Positions 8,304 to 17,311 of a stretch of 59,068 bases of DNA are shown here, one piece after another. Both the position numbers and the translations under genes were made by a program. Numbering within the stretch: the first letter of the stretch is position 1; every line of letters starts with the position of its first letter. This DNA is from an uncultured Clostridia bacterium (lineage in GTDB: Bacteria > Bacillota > Clostridia > Christensenellales > CAG-917). The stretch covers positions 1-59,068 of the forward strand of contig CANREO010000001.1 of assembly GCA_947629635.1 (NCBI GenBank), read 5' to 3'. Below the pieces are notes generated by a model, which was not told the origin of the DNA, did not search any database, and saw nothing but the letters and a program-made list of their open reading frames with translations.

Positions 8304-10988
8304 ATGAAAAAAATACTTATGACGGTTTTGACTGTGTTGCTCATGAGTTTACTTGCAGCAACGCTTGTCGCATGCGTTTATGATCCCAACGTCGATGGCG
8401 ACGGACCAAACAATTATACTCGCGCAAAATACACCGTAACTTTCAACACCACTACTCAAATGACCGTGCCTCCCATTACGGGGGTGGAGCACGGTTCCAC
8501 AATAAGCGCGCCCAAAGACGGCGACGGCAACGAGCTTATACCGCTCAAGGCCGGATATGAATTTGTCGGTTGGTCTGCGACAAACAATATTTCCGATTTG
8601 TTTGATTTTGAGCATGCTACGGTGACTTCCAATATTACGCTGACGGCAAAATTCAGAGCGAGAGAGTATAAGCATACCGTCAATTTAAGAGGCAAACTTA
8701 TCTACAATGAGGACGGCACTTACTCCATTGATGAGGACGGGTATGAAGAGGGTTTTATAACGCTCGGAGCGGCTGATTTGAATGAAAGCACTACAACGCT
8801 TAAAAATACATTTAATTCTTCTTCCAACTACTTCAATAATGCTACCGTTAAAGACGGCGAAAAGTTTATGTTTTGGTATTACATGACCGAAAAGCGTGAC
8901 GAGGACGGCGAAATCGAAAACGACGTAAACGGCGATCCTTTGCTTATCCCCGTTCAGCTCACGCGCATTCCCGAAGCGGAATCGTCAAATGCGAGGGCAA
9001 TTTCCACATATACGCTCACGCATCCGCTTACTATCTACCCCATGCTTAAATCCAATCTGCCTAAGGTCACCGTGGAGTTTTATAATGGCGAAGAGGGAAA
9101 TAAAGTCGATACGAAGGAAATAATCATCGGCGATAACTTTGACATCACAGACGCCCCGAGTGAACCTACGTTGGACGCCGAGCACTCATTCAGCCATTGG
9201 TACTATGTCTTAGAATCTAAGGACGAAAATGACGAGCCGGTATTCACAAATCACAAATTTGTGTTTGCGGAGGATGGCGTAAACGGTACCGATCTTATGG
9301 ACGTCACGGGCGCCGTCGACAATTATTTTGCGGTGAAAACGCTTAAGGTGTATGCCAAGTGGGTAAAAAACATGCATATCGGCGGTCTTACTGATTACGA
9401 TAATTTTTACAATCAACTCCATAATCCTAGCATAGTAGAAGCCGAAAGAGAAGAATTGCTGAATTCCAAACTCTTTATAGACTCGGATATTGATTTCGGC
9501 AGCACGGAGTATGAGCCCCTTTTCGACGCGGACAACCGCTTTATGGGTATTATAGACGGCGGAATTTATTCCGGCGGCGATTCGACTTTGACAGGCAAGC
9601 ATAAGTTGAGCGGCGGAGTTTTCGGTAATGAGACGCATGCTTCGGTATTCGGCTATGTGGAAGGCAGGATAATCAATCTTGACTTCGAAAATATAGGCCT
9701 GAAGACAGGCGTAGGCAATGACGGAAAATACGCGGAGGTCGTGTATATGGCTGCCGTAGTTACTCAAAACAGCGGCGAAATAGTCAACTGCGACGTCAAA
9801 TATACACAGGCGATCGAACTGAATTATGATGGCGCCGACATCATTTTCGGAGGCGTTGCCGCGCTTAACAGCGGCGTCGCGGAAGGTAACGGAGGCAGAA
9901 TTTCGAGAAGCAGTTTTACGGCTGCTTCGATAACGGCAAACCTTGAAAGTATAGCGTTCGGAGGCATCGCCGGCAGGCAAAACGCATATGCGGTGATAAC
10001 GGACACCTGTAAGGTCTCCATCAACGATTTCACAGTCGCTTGCACCGGAAATAATACGGCCGCTAAAATAGGAGGCATAGTCGGCGAAAACAGCGGCAAT
10101 ATCAATATGAGCAGAGCGGAGATCTCCGTAAGCGGAGCCAGCAGCCCCAGGGCATTCTTCTTCGGGGGGATTTGTGCGACCAATCTCAACGGCACCGTAG
10201 GGCAGTGCAGCGCCAATGCGATTCTTTGCAATGAGACCAAACCGGCCGAAGTTGGAGGTACGCTGTCGCAACAGGTTTGCATAGGCGGTATGATAGGACA
10301 CAACGAGGGCACGGTCATAAACAGCTATTGTTATGCGGAACTTTTCGTAAAGGTAGTCTCCAACGACACTATCAAGGACGGCATTGGCAGTCTTGTGTCC
10401 GTCGGCGGACTTGTTGGAAGCAACAGCAGCAGTTCAATTGACAGGATAAGCTCACAAACGAGAGGCATAGGCGCGATAAATTATTGCTACAGCGATGGCA
10501 AAATCTCCGTCGAAGTTGAGAAAACTTTGAAAAACATAAAGCTGTATGTGGGAGGCATAGCCGGCAGGAACAATCAAAGCAAACTCTCTACGCTTTTCTC
10601 ACTGATGACCATAAACGTCGTCAATGAAAACGGCGTAAACAACATCGGACAGTTGTTCGGCACTATGGAAAAAAACAGCGCAGGCACGCAATCCACAGTC
10701 AACAATGCGGTATATTACGCTACCGACGTTGAGATGAAGTTGAACGGCATTAAATATGAGCGTGTACAACTGCCGCGTCCGTCGGATGCAGGGGACGACT
10801 ATGTGCCCGAATACGATGAGACCTTCAAGGCGACCGTCAGAGGCACGGCTGCTACTACCGCAGACTTCAAAAATGTGCAATTTGTGCTCGGCGATGACGA
10901 TGTTTCCGCAAAACTCGGTTTCAGTAAGGATGTCTGGACGCAAGAGGAAGGCAGTTTGCCCACTCTTAAGATAGAAGAGCAGGTCTGA
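8304..10988 (+). CDS. surface lipoprotein with Listeria-Bacteroides (Flg_new) repeat and multiple GLUG motifs
   Basis: ATG 8304 gives MKKILMTVLTVLLMSLLAATLVAC (lipobox). YTVTFNT...GYEFVGW...ITLTAKF is Flg_new-like. GLUG-type units recur: GGIAGRQ, GGIVGEN, GGMIGHN, GGLVGSN, GGIAGRN. Confidence 0.8.
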   Translation: MKKILMTVLTVLLMSLLAATLVACVYDPNVDGDGPNNYTRAKYTVTFNTTTQMTVPPITGVEHGSTISAPKDGDGNELIPLKAGYEFVGWSATNNISDLFDFEHATVTSNITLTAKFRAREYKHTVNLRGKLIYNEDGTYSIDEDGYEEGFITLGAADLNESTTTLKNTFNSSSNYFNNATVKDGEKFMFWYYMTEKRDEDGEIENDVNGDPLLIPVQLTRIPEAESSNARAISTYTLTHPLTIYPMLKSNLPKVTVEFYNGEEGNKVDTKEIIIGDNFDITDAPSEPTLDAEHSFSHWYYVLESKDENDEPVFTNHKFVFAEDGVNGTDLMDVTGAVDNYFAVKTLKVYAKWVKNMHIGGLTDYDNFYNQLHNPSIVEAEREELLNSKLFIDSDIDFGSTEYEPLFDADNRFMGIIDGGIYSGGDSTLTGKHKLSGGVFGNETHASVFGYVEGRIINLDFENIGLKTGVGNDGKYAEVVYMAAVVTQNSGEIVNCDVKYTQAIELNYDGADIIFGGVAALNSGVAEGNGGRISRSSFTAASITANLESIAFGGIAGRQNAYAVITDTCKVSINDFTVACTGNNTAAKIGGIVGENSGNINMSRAEISVSGASSPRAFFFGGICATNLNGTVGQCSANAILCNETKPAEVGGTLSQQVCIGGMIGHNEGTVINSYCYAELFVKVVSNDTIKDGIGSLVSVGGLVGSNSSSSIDRISSQTRGIGAINYCYSDGKISVEVEKTLKNIKLYVGGIAGRNNQSKLSTLFSLMTINVVNENGVNNIGQLFGTMEKNSAGTQSTVNNAVYYATDVEMKLNGIKYERVQLPRPSDAGDDYVPEYDETFKATVRGTAATTADFKNVQFVLGDDDVSAKLGFSKDVWTQEEGSLPTLKIEEQV

Positions 10989-11013
10989 ACCGCCATATGT
11001 AGAATCAATTAAA

Positions 11014-11039
11014 AAGAGAGCGAATTTACTCGCTCTCTT
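11014..11039. terminator. bidirectional terminator
   Basis: AAGAGAGCG-aatttact-CGCTCTCTT between the stop at 10988 (+) and the mini-ORF stop at 11050 (-). Confidence 0.75.
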
Positions 11040-11049
11040 TTCAAGTATA

Positions 11050-11208
11050 TCAAAGTTTACTGTCCACAAGGCTGAGCAAAACTTTCTTGCCGTTGTCTAA
11101 GTAAATATAAAACATAGCTCCGAGTTTTTCATCGACGTATTTGATGTCTGTGATCTCATTGACGTTTGTCAATAACAGTTCGCCAATCTTTTTAAGCAAC
11201 TCTTCCAT
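11050..11208 (-). CDS. 52-aa protein, paralog of 15271-15453 (below the ORF-track length cutoff)
   Basis: Hand translation of the minus strand: MEELLKKIGELLLTNVNEITDIKYVDEKLGAMFYIYLDNGKKVLLSLVDSKL. GGAGG lies 5 nt upstream of the ATG. It has its own TTGATA-17-TACAAT promoter. It is clearly similar to the ORF at 15271. Confidence 0.65.
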   Translation of the reverse strand: MEELLKKIGELLLTNVNEITDIKYVDEKLGAMFYIYLDNGKKVLLSLVDSKL

Positions 11209-11327
11209 AACTGCCTCCTACAAATAAAACTCTTCAATCGACTAAGTTCATGTTGAAATCCATTTATTGCAACGGACATTTTGTCCGTTGCTTTGTCCGC
11301 TGACAGCAATAGCGATTACCACCAATT

Positions 11328-11356
11328 ATTGTATTATCAAATCGTATCTGTATCAA
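11328..11356 (-). promoter_or_regulatory. sigma-A type promoter for the 52-aa ORF
   Basis: On the minus strand: TTGATA (plus-strand tatcaa 11351-11356), 17-nt spacer, TACAAT (plus-strand attgta 11328-11333). Confidence 0.45.
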
Positions 11357-11402
11357 GTAGAATAATTAAAAAGTTTGTGATTTTTTGGACTATAAATAAA
11401 AA

Positions 11403-11428
11403 AGCGACACGACCGAAGTCGTGTCGCT
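11403..11428 (-). terminator. rho-independent terminator of nifJ
   Basis: 11-bp stem AGCGACACGAC/GTCGTGTCGCT with loop cgaa. A T-run follows on the minus strand (plus-strand A-run 11395-11402). Confidence 0.85.
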
Positions 11429-11444
11429 TTTCATGCTGTTGCGA

Positions 11445-14400
11445 TCAGTCTTTGTAAGAGGCTGCTTTTTTGATGTAGAAAGCGCGCTTTTTGGCTGCGT
11501 CTTCCTCGTTTTTGGCGAACAGCACTTTTGCCGCCTCGGGATTGAGTTTCGCAAGTGACGCATAGCGAGTTTCGTTCATAAGGAAGGCTTGATAATCTGC
11601 CGTAGGCTCCTTGCTGTCGATGGCCAGAGGGCTCTTGTCGGATCCGACCAACTCCGGATTGTAGCGGAAGAGTTGCCAATATCCGCAATCCACTGCCTTC
11701 TTCATCTCGAGTTGAGAGTTGTCCATGCCGCCTTTTATGCCATGGTTGATGCAGGGCGCATAGGCGATGATGATTGACGGGCCGTGATACGCCTCCGCTT
11801 CTGCAAAGGCTTTTACGACTTGATTCTTGTCGGCGCCCATTGAGACCTGCGCCACATATACGTAACCGTAGTCCATTGCTAACAGGGCAAGATCTTTCTT
11901 CTTTGTGCGCTTGCCCGTAGCGGCGAATTTGGCGATCGCGCCCGTAGGAGTGGACTTGGACGCTTGTCCGCCCGTATTGGAGTAAACCTCTGTGTCAAGT
12001 ACGAGAATATTTACATCCTCGCCGCTTGCAAGCACGTGGTCGACGCCGTTATAGCCTATGTCATATGCCCAGCCGTCTCCGCCGACGATCCATATGGACT
12101 TTTTGACGAGGCAATCTTTTGCAGCTTCTATGCGCTCAAGTATGGCAAGTTTATCCTCGTCCGCATTTTTCTTTTCGTCGTCGATGAGCGCAAGTATTTG
12201 AGCGGCGGCTTCCTGAGATCTTGCGGCGTCATCTTTGCCCTCGAGCCAATTGTTGAGTGCCTGAGCGAATGCTTCGGAGGTCTTGTTTGCGACGAGCAAA
12301 TCGTTTATCATATTTACGATAACGTTTCTCCTCGTCTCATATGCGAGGTGCATGCCGTAGCCGAATTCCGCATTATCTTCAAACAGCGAATTTGCCCATG
12401 CCGGACCGTGACCTTTGTCGTTGACGGTGTAGGGACAGGTAGGAGCGCTGCCGCCGTAAATGGATGAGCAACCGGTAGCGTTGGCAATGAGCATCCTGTC
12501 GCCGAACAATTGAGTCATAAGTTTGACATATGGGGTTTCGCCGCAGCCGGCGCATGCGCCCGAAAACTCAAACAAAGGCTTTTTGAATTGGCTGTTTTTG
12601 ACATTGATCGTCTTGATCGGCGCGCTTGTTTCGCCAAGCGAGGCCGCATATTCCCAGTTTGTTGCTTCTTCTTTAATGGATTCGTCGAGAGGTATCATCT
12701 CAAGTGCCTTCTCTTTTGCCGGGCATACAGCTACGCAGTTGGAGCACCCTGTGCAGTCATAGGGGCTGACCTGCATACGGAAGTTGTAGCCTTTAAATCC
12801 GGTTGCCGGCTTTGTGACGAAACTCTCGGGTTTCGAAGCGAGCTCCTCATCGGTCGCGAGCGTGGGACGGATAGTGGCATGCGGACATACAAGTGCGCAT
12901 TGGTTGCACTGTATGCATTTGTCGGGCAACCACCTCGGGACGTTGACTGCGATGCCGCGTTTTTCGAACTTTGTCGTACCCGTCGGGACAATGCCTCTGG
13001 GGTCGAAAGCGGATACGGGCAGTTTGTCGCCTTCTTGAGCCGTGATGGGAGCGATGAATGCCTTGAAATATTCGTCATCGGGCACTGCAAGAGGCTCCGC
13101 ACCCATTGTAGTAGTCTCCCAACTTGCCGGGTACTTGACCTCTTTGAGTTGCGCTATGGCGTTGTCAACGCACTTGTAGTTCATTTCGACGATGGCGTCG
13201 CCCTTGCTGCCGTAGGATTTTTTGATCATCTCCTTCATATAGCGCTCCGCGTCCTCATAGGGGATGACGTTGGCAAGTTTGAAGAAGGCAGCTTGCATGA
13301 CGGTGTTTACGCCCTTTTTCGCACCTATTTCCGTGATAACTTTAAGTCCGTCGAGGGTGTAGAACTTGATGTGCTTTTTGGCGATCATATTTTTCATCGC
13401 GGCAGGAAGTTTGACATCCATCTCTTCGGGAGCCCATTGTGAGTTGAGCAGGAATGTACCGCCCTCCTTGAGGTCGCTGAGCATGTCGTAACGCAAAACA
13501 TATGACTCGTTGTGGCATGCCACAAAGTCTGCTTGGTCGATGAGATACGTGCTGCGAATGGGTCTGTCGGAGAAGCGCAGATGTGAAATTGTAATGCCGC
13601 CGGATTTTTTGGAATCGTATGCAAAATATGCTTGCGCGTATTTGTCGGTGTGATCGCCGATAATTTTTATTGAGTTTTTGTTTGCGCCGACAGTGCCGTC
13701 GCTTCCGAGTCCGTAGAATTTGCATGAAATGGCGCTTGCGTCGGCAGCGTCGATTTTTTCCGTAACTTCGAGAGAATGATTGGTGACGTCATCGGTGATG
13801 CCGACGGTGAAGCGGTCTTTCATCTCGCCGTTCATATTTTTATAAATAGCATTGACCATGGAGGGATTGAACTCCTTGCTGCCGAGTCCGTAGCGACCGC
13901 AAAGCACTTGCTTTTTTACGCCCATCTCGTTCATCGCAGAAACAACGTCAAGATAGAGCGGCTCGCCTTGCGCGCCGGGTTCCTTTGTCCTGTCCATGAC
14001 GGTGATGCACTTTACGGTTGACGGTATTGCCTTGACAAAAGCCTCGGTGGGGAAGGGACGATAGAGCCTTACTTTGATAAGTCCGACTTTGTTGCCTCTT
14101 GCATTGAGATAATCAACGGTCTCTTCACAGGCTTCCGCGCCGCTGCCCATTATGACGATGACGCGATCCGCGTCGCTTGCGCCGTAGTAGTCGACGAGGT
14201 GATATTTCCTGCCCGTGAGCGCGGACACTTTGTCCATCTGCTCTTGTACGATGGTGGGAACTCTATCATAAAACTTATTGGAAGCCTCTCTGTTTTGGAA
14301 GTATATATCGGGGTTTTGCGCTGTGCCCTGTTGATGCGGATGCTCGGGATTGAGCGCGCGCGCACGGAATTCGTCCACCTTTTTGAAGTTGACGAGTTTC

Positions 14401-14969
14401 TTTATTTCGTCATATTCGATGGCGTCGATCTTGTCGACCTCATGCGATGTGCGGAAGCCGTCGAAGAAACTGAGGAAAGGTACGCTTGACTCCAATGTGG
14501 AAAGATGTGCGACAAGCGACAGATCCATGACTTCCTGCACGCTGTTTGACGCCAGCATCGCAAAGCCGGTCTGACGGCAAGCCATGACGTCGGAATGGTC
14601 GCCGAAGATGTTGAGCGCATGACCGGCAACGCTTCTTGCCGAAACATGAAATACGGACGGCAACAGTTCGCCGGCGATCTTATACATGTTGGGGATCATC
14701 AGCAACAGACCTTGGCTTGCAGTGAAAGTGCTGGTCAGAGCGCCCGCGGCAAGAGAACCGTGCACAGCGCCGGCAGCGCCGGCCTCCGACTGCATTTCGG
14801 CAATTTTAAGCACGTTGCCGAAGATGTTTTTTCTGCCTTGCCCTGCCCATGCGTCGCAGTTTTCGGCCATTGGGGAGGAAGGAGTGATGGGGTAGATCGC
14901 CGCCACATCCGAGAAAGCGTACGCAATGTGCGCAGCAGCGGTATTACCGTCGATAGTCATCTTTTTCAT
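11445..14969 (-). CDS. nifJ: pyruvate:ferredoxin (flavodoxin) oxidoreductase
   Basis: About 1174 aa. N-terminus MKKMTIDGNTAAAHIAYAFSDVAAIYPITPSSPMAE. Two 4Fe-4S motifs (CIQCNQCALVCP, CTGCSNCVAVCP). TPP-binding region GGDGWAYDIG. GGAGG lies upstream of ATG 14969. Confidence 0.95.
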   Translation of the reverse strand: MKKMTIDGNTAAAHIAYAFSDVAAIYPITPSSPMAENCDAWAGQGRKNIFGNVLKIAEMQSEAGAAGAVHGSLAAGALTSTFTASQGLLLMIPNMYKIAGELLPSVFHVSARSVAGHALNIFGDHSDVMACRQTGFAMLASNSVQEVMDLSLVAHLSTLESSVPFLSFFDGFRTSHEVDKIDAIEYDEIKKLVNFKKVDEFRARALNPEHPHQQGTAQNPDIYFQNREASNKFYDRVPTIVQEQMDKVSALTGRKYHLVDYYGASDADRVIVIMGSGAEACEETVDYLNARGNKVGLIKVRLYRPFPTEAFVKAIPSTVKCITVMDRTKEPGAQGEPLYLDVVSAMNEMGVKKQVLCGRYGLGSKEFNPSMVNAIYKNMNGEMKDRFTVGITDDVTNHSLEVTEKIDAADASAISCKFYGLGSDGTVGANKNSIKIIGDHTDKYAQAYFAYDSKKSGGITISHLRFSDRPIRSTYLIDQADFVACHNESYVLRYDMLSDLKEGGTFLLNSQWAPEEMDVKLPAAMKNMIAKKHIKFYTLDGLKVITEIGAKKGVNTVMQAAFFKLANVIPYEDAERYMKEMIKKSYGSKGDAIVEMNYKCVDNAIAQLKEVKYPASWETTTMGAEPLAVPDDEYFKAFIAPITAQEGDKLPVSAFDPRGIVPTGTTKFEKRGIAVNVPRWLPDKCIQCNQCALVCPHATIRPTLATDEELASKPESFVTKPATGFKGYNFRMQVSPYDCTGCSNCVAVCPAKEKALEMIPLDESIKEEATNWEYAASLGETSAPIKTINVKNSQFKKPLFEFSGACAGCGETPYVKLMTQLFGDRMLIANATGCSSIYGGSAPTCPYTVNDKGHGPAWANSLFEDNAEFGYGMHLAYETRRNVIVNMINDLLVANKTSEAFAQALNNWLEGKDDAARSQEAAAQILALIDDEKKNADEDKLAILERIEAAKDCLVKKSIWIVGGDGWAYDIGYNGVDHVLASGEDVNILVLDTEVYSNTGGQASKSTPTGAIAKFAATGKRTKKKDLALLAMDYGYVYVAQVSMGADKNQVVKAFAEAEAYHGPSIIIAYAPCINHGIKGGMDNSQLEMKKAVDCGYWQLFRYNPELVGSDKSPLAIDSKEPTADYQAFLMNETRYASLAKLNPEAAKVLFAKNEEDAAKKRAFYIKKAASYKD

Positions 14970-15037
14970 ATCGGGAAAAACCTCCAAATAATTATCTTTT
15001 AAGTTGTTCTCGCGCGTTTGCACGCGCAATTAAAGTT

Positions 15038-15066
15038 ATTATAACTTTATTGATTTATTAAGTCAA
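15038..15066 (-). promoter_or_regulatory. nifJ promoter
   Basis: On the minus strand: TTGACT (plus-strand agtcaa 15061-15066), 17-nt spacer, TATAAT (plus-strand attata 15038-15043). About 60 nt of leader precede the ATG. Confidence 0.55.
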
Positions 15067-15270
15067 TAAATTTAGAATATTTGCCTAAGATTTGCCCGAA
15101 TGCAGCGCTTTTTGCGTTCGTCGCGCACGGCGACAATTTAGGACACGAAAACGCTAAATTTTTCAGATATAGACAAATTGCGACAAAAGTAAGCAAATTA
15201 TGCCAAAATTTATCAAAAGTCTACGTTGTCCCGATCGCCGATCGACGATATCCTGTATGCGGAGGTTGAT

Positions 15271-15453
15271 ATGGAACAATTGTTGATAAAGATAGGCGAA
15301 CTTGTAGCAACCGAAATAGATGCAGTCGACGATGTGAAGTATGTGAGGGAATCGGAGGGGTCATTTACCATCACGCTTTCGGGCGGAACAAAATATTCTC
15401 TTTGGCTGGAGCGAGCGTCGGCAGACAAGTGCGTTTCGGCTACGGCAAACTGA
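15271..15453 (+). CDS. 60-aa protein, paralog of 11050-11208
   Basis: GGAGG at 15261-15265, ATG at 15271. Translation MEQLLIKIGELVATEIDAVDDVKYVRESEGSFTITLSGGTKYSLWLERASADKCVSATAN. The track's longer start at 15226 lacks an SD. Confidence 0.6.
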   Translation: MEQLLIKIGELVATEIDAVDDVKYVRESEGSFTITLSGGTKYSLWLERASADKCVSATAN

Positions 15454-15591
15454 TTTTACCGAACAAGCGTTTAATAATTACAAAAGATAGATATAAAGTC
15501 TTTTTGTGCTAATTTTTGTGTTATCAAGCAATTGACGGTTTTGCATTTCGGACGAATCGATATACAATATTTAAGCAAGTCGCAAGATTGC

Positions 15592-15620
15592 TTTTCAAAT
15601 TTTACGAATTATGCTATAAT
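15592..15620 (+). promoter_or_regulatory. extended -10 promoter abutting ecfA1 start
   Basis: TTTTCA (15592-15597), 17-nt spacer containing TG at 15612-15613, TATAAT at 15615-15620. The ATG follows at 15627. Confidence 0.4.
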
Positions 15621-15626
15621 ATTCGT

Positions 15627-16460
15627 ATGTCGCAGATAGAGGTGAAAGAAGTCACGTTCGCCTACCCCTTGAGAGAGGGAGTGGGAATGCGAGCGGTGAA
15701 AAACTTGTCCTTTTCGGTGGAGAAGGGCGAGTTTGTCGCGCTTGTCGGGATGAACGGGAGCGGCAAAAGCACGCTTGCCAAACTGCTCAACGGATTATAC
15801 ACGCCTACCGAAGGAGAGATCTTGATAGACGGCATTTCAACGTCTAAAGATGAAAACGTATTCGAGATAAGAAAACGTGTGGGTATGGTGTTTCAAAATC
15901 CCGACAATCAAACCGTTGCCACAATCGTAGAGGACGACGTTGCTTTCGGGCCGGAAAATATAGGCTTGCCAAGGGAGGAGATCATAAGCAGGGTGCGAAG
16001 CGCGCTGGATGCCGTAAGCATGACGGAGTTTGCCGACCGCGCAGTTTCCAAGCTCAGCGGCGGTCAAAAACAACGAGTGGCTATTGCGGGCGTACTCGCC
16101 ATGCGACCCGAGATACTGATTTTGGATGAAGCAACTTCTATGCTTGACCCCATAGGCAGGCGCGAGGTGCTTAAAGTTGCAAAAGAATTGAACGAGCAAG
16201 GCATCACAGTGATAAACATCACTCACAACATGGAGGAGGCCGCATTTGCGAAGAGAGTGCTTGCCATGCGTAAGGGCAGATTGGCTATAGACGGGACGCC
16301 CAAAGAGGTATTTGCTTCCGGGCTGCTGGAGGCATGCGGACTTAAATTGCCCCCCGTCATGCAACTTGCAAAGGCGCTTGCGGACAGGGGGTTCGAGATG
16401 CCGTCGTCCGTACCGGACGAGGAGGAGCTCGCGGAGGAGATATGGCGGCAATTGAAATAA
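15627..16460 (+). CDS. ecfA1: ECF transporter ATPase subunit
   Basis: Walker A GMNGSGKST, signature LSGGQKQR, Walker B ILILDEATS. The N-terminal IEVKEVTFAYP fits family alignments and favours ATG 15627. Confidence 0.9.
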   Translation: MSQIEVKEVTFAYPLREGVGMRAVKNLSFSVEKGEFVALVGMNGSGKSTLAKLLNGLYTPTEGEILIDGISTSKDENVFEIRKRVGMVFQNPDNQTVATIVEDDVAFGPENIGLPREEIISRVRSALDAVSMTEFADRAVSKLSGGQKQRVAIAGVLAMRPEILILDEATSMLDPIGRREVLKVAKELNEQGITVINITHNMEEAAFAKRVLAMRKGRLAIDGTPKEVFASGLLEACGLKLPPVMQLAKALADRGFEMPSSVPDEEELAEEIWRQLK

Positions 16461-17311
16461 AAAATTTAAATTTTGTTTATTCCGCGGGCACGCCTTTTGA
16501 AAAGCACGCGTTGAAAGATATAAATCTCACGATAGAGGAGGGCAGTTTTGTCGGTGTCGTCGGTGCGACGGGCAGCGGCAAAAGTACTCTCATACAGCAT
16601 TTGAACGGTCTGATCAAGTTGCAAGACAAGAAGCACAGCTCCGTTTTCGTCAACGGGATGGACGCGTCCAAGAGGGCGACGCTGAAGAAGTTGCGCTTCG
16701 AAGTCGGCATGGTTTTCCAATATCCGGAATATCAACTGTTTGCGGATACCGTTGCAAAAGACATCGCTTTCGGTCCCAAAAATATGAAGTTGTCCAAAGA
16801 GGAGATCGATGCAAGAGTGGCAAGAGCGCTCGAAGTCGTCGGGCTCGATTACGACAAAATAGCCTCGCGCAGTCCTTTTGATCTGAGCGGCGGCGAAAAG
16901 CGCAGGGTGGCAATTGCCGGAGTGATCGCCATGCAACCCAAAATTTTGGTGCTCGACGAGCCTGTTGCCGGACTTGATCCCATCGGCAGAGAGGAAATAC
17001 TCGCGCTTATTAAAAAGTTGCATGAAGAGGTTTCACCCACGGTGATTCTCGTGTCGCACAATATGGACGATATAGCTGTGCTTGCGGATAGGATCGTGGC
17101 TATAAGTGACGGAAGACTGGTCGCCGATTGCTCTCCAAAAGAGTTTTTTGCAGACAGACAGCTGGTTAAAGATATCGGCTTGGACTTGCCTATGGCCGCC
17201 AGGATCACGGACGCGTTGGTACAGAAGGGCGTGCCGTTAAGCGCCGATATAGTGTCGCTTACAGAACTTGCTGATGCGCTTTCCGCACTGAAGGAGGGGG
17301 CGCATGTTTAG
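16442..17311 (+). CDS. ecfA2: ECF transporter ATPase subunit
   Basis: Walker A GATGSGKST, LSGGEKRR, ILVLDEP. GGAGGA SD. Overlaps ecfA1 by 19 nt. Confidence 0.9.
   Translation: MAAIEIKNLNFVYSAGTPFEKHALKDINLTIEEGSFVGVVGATGSGKSTLIQHLNGLIKLQDKKHSSVFVNGMDASKRATLKKLRFEVGMVFQYPEYQLFADTVAKDIAFGPKNMKLSKEEIDARVARALEVVGLDYDKIASRSPFDLSGGEKRRVAIAGVIAMQPKILVLDEPVAGLDPIGREEILALIKKLHEEVSPTVILVSHNMDDIAVLADRIVAISDGRLVADCSPKEFFADRQLVKDIGLDLPMAARITDALVQKGVPLSADIVSLTELADALSALKEGAHV

Noticed and set aside
9210-13442. Antisense ORFs 9210-10301 (363 aa), 9824-10318 (164 aa) and 12510-13442 (310 aa, plus strand).
   Set aside because: They overlap the GLUG lipoprotein gene and nifJ on the opposite strand and have no motifs or SDs.
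11050-15453. Inverted mini-ORF paralogs flanking nifJ as ends of a mobile element.
   Set aside because: There is no transposase or integrase, no extended inverted repeats beyond the coding similarity and no target-site duplication. I treat them as paralogous genes.
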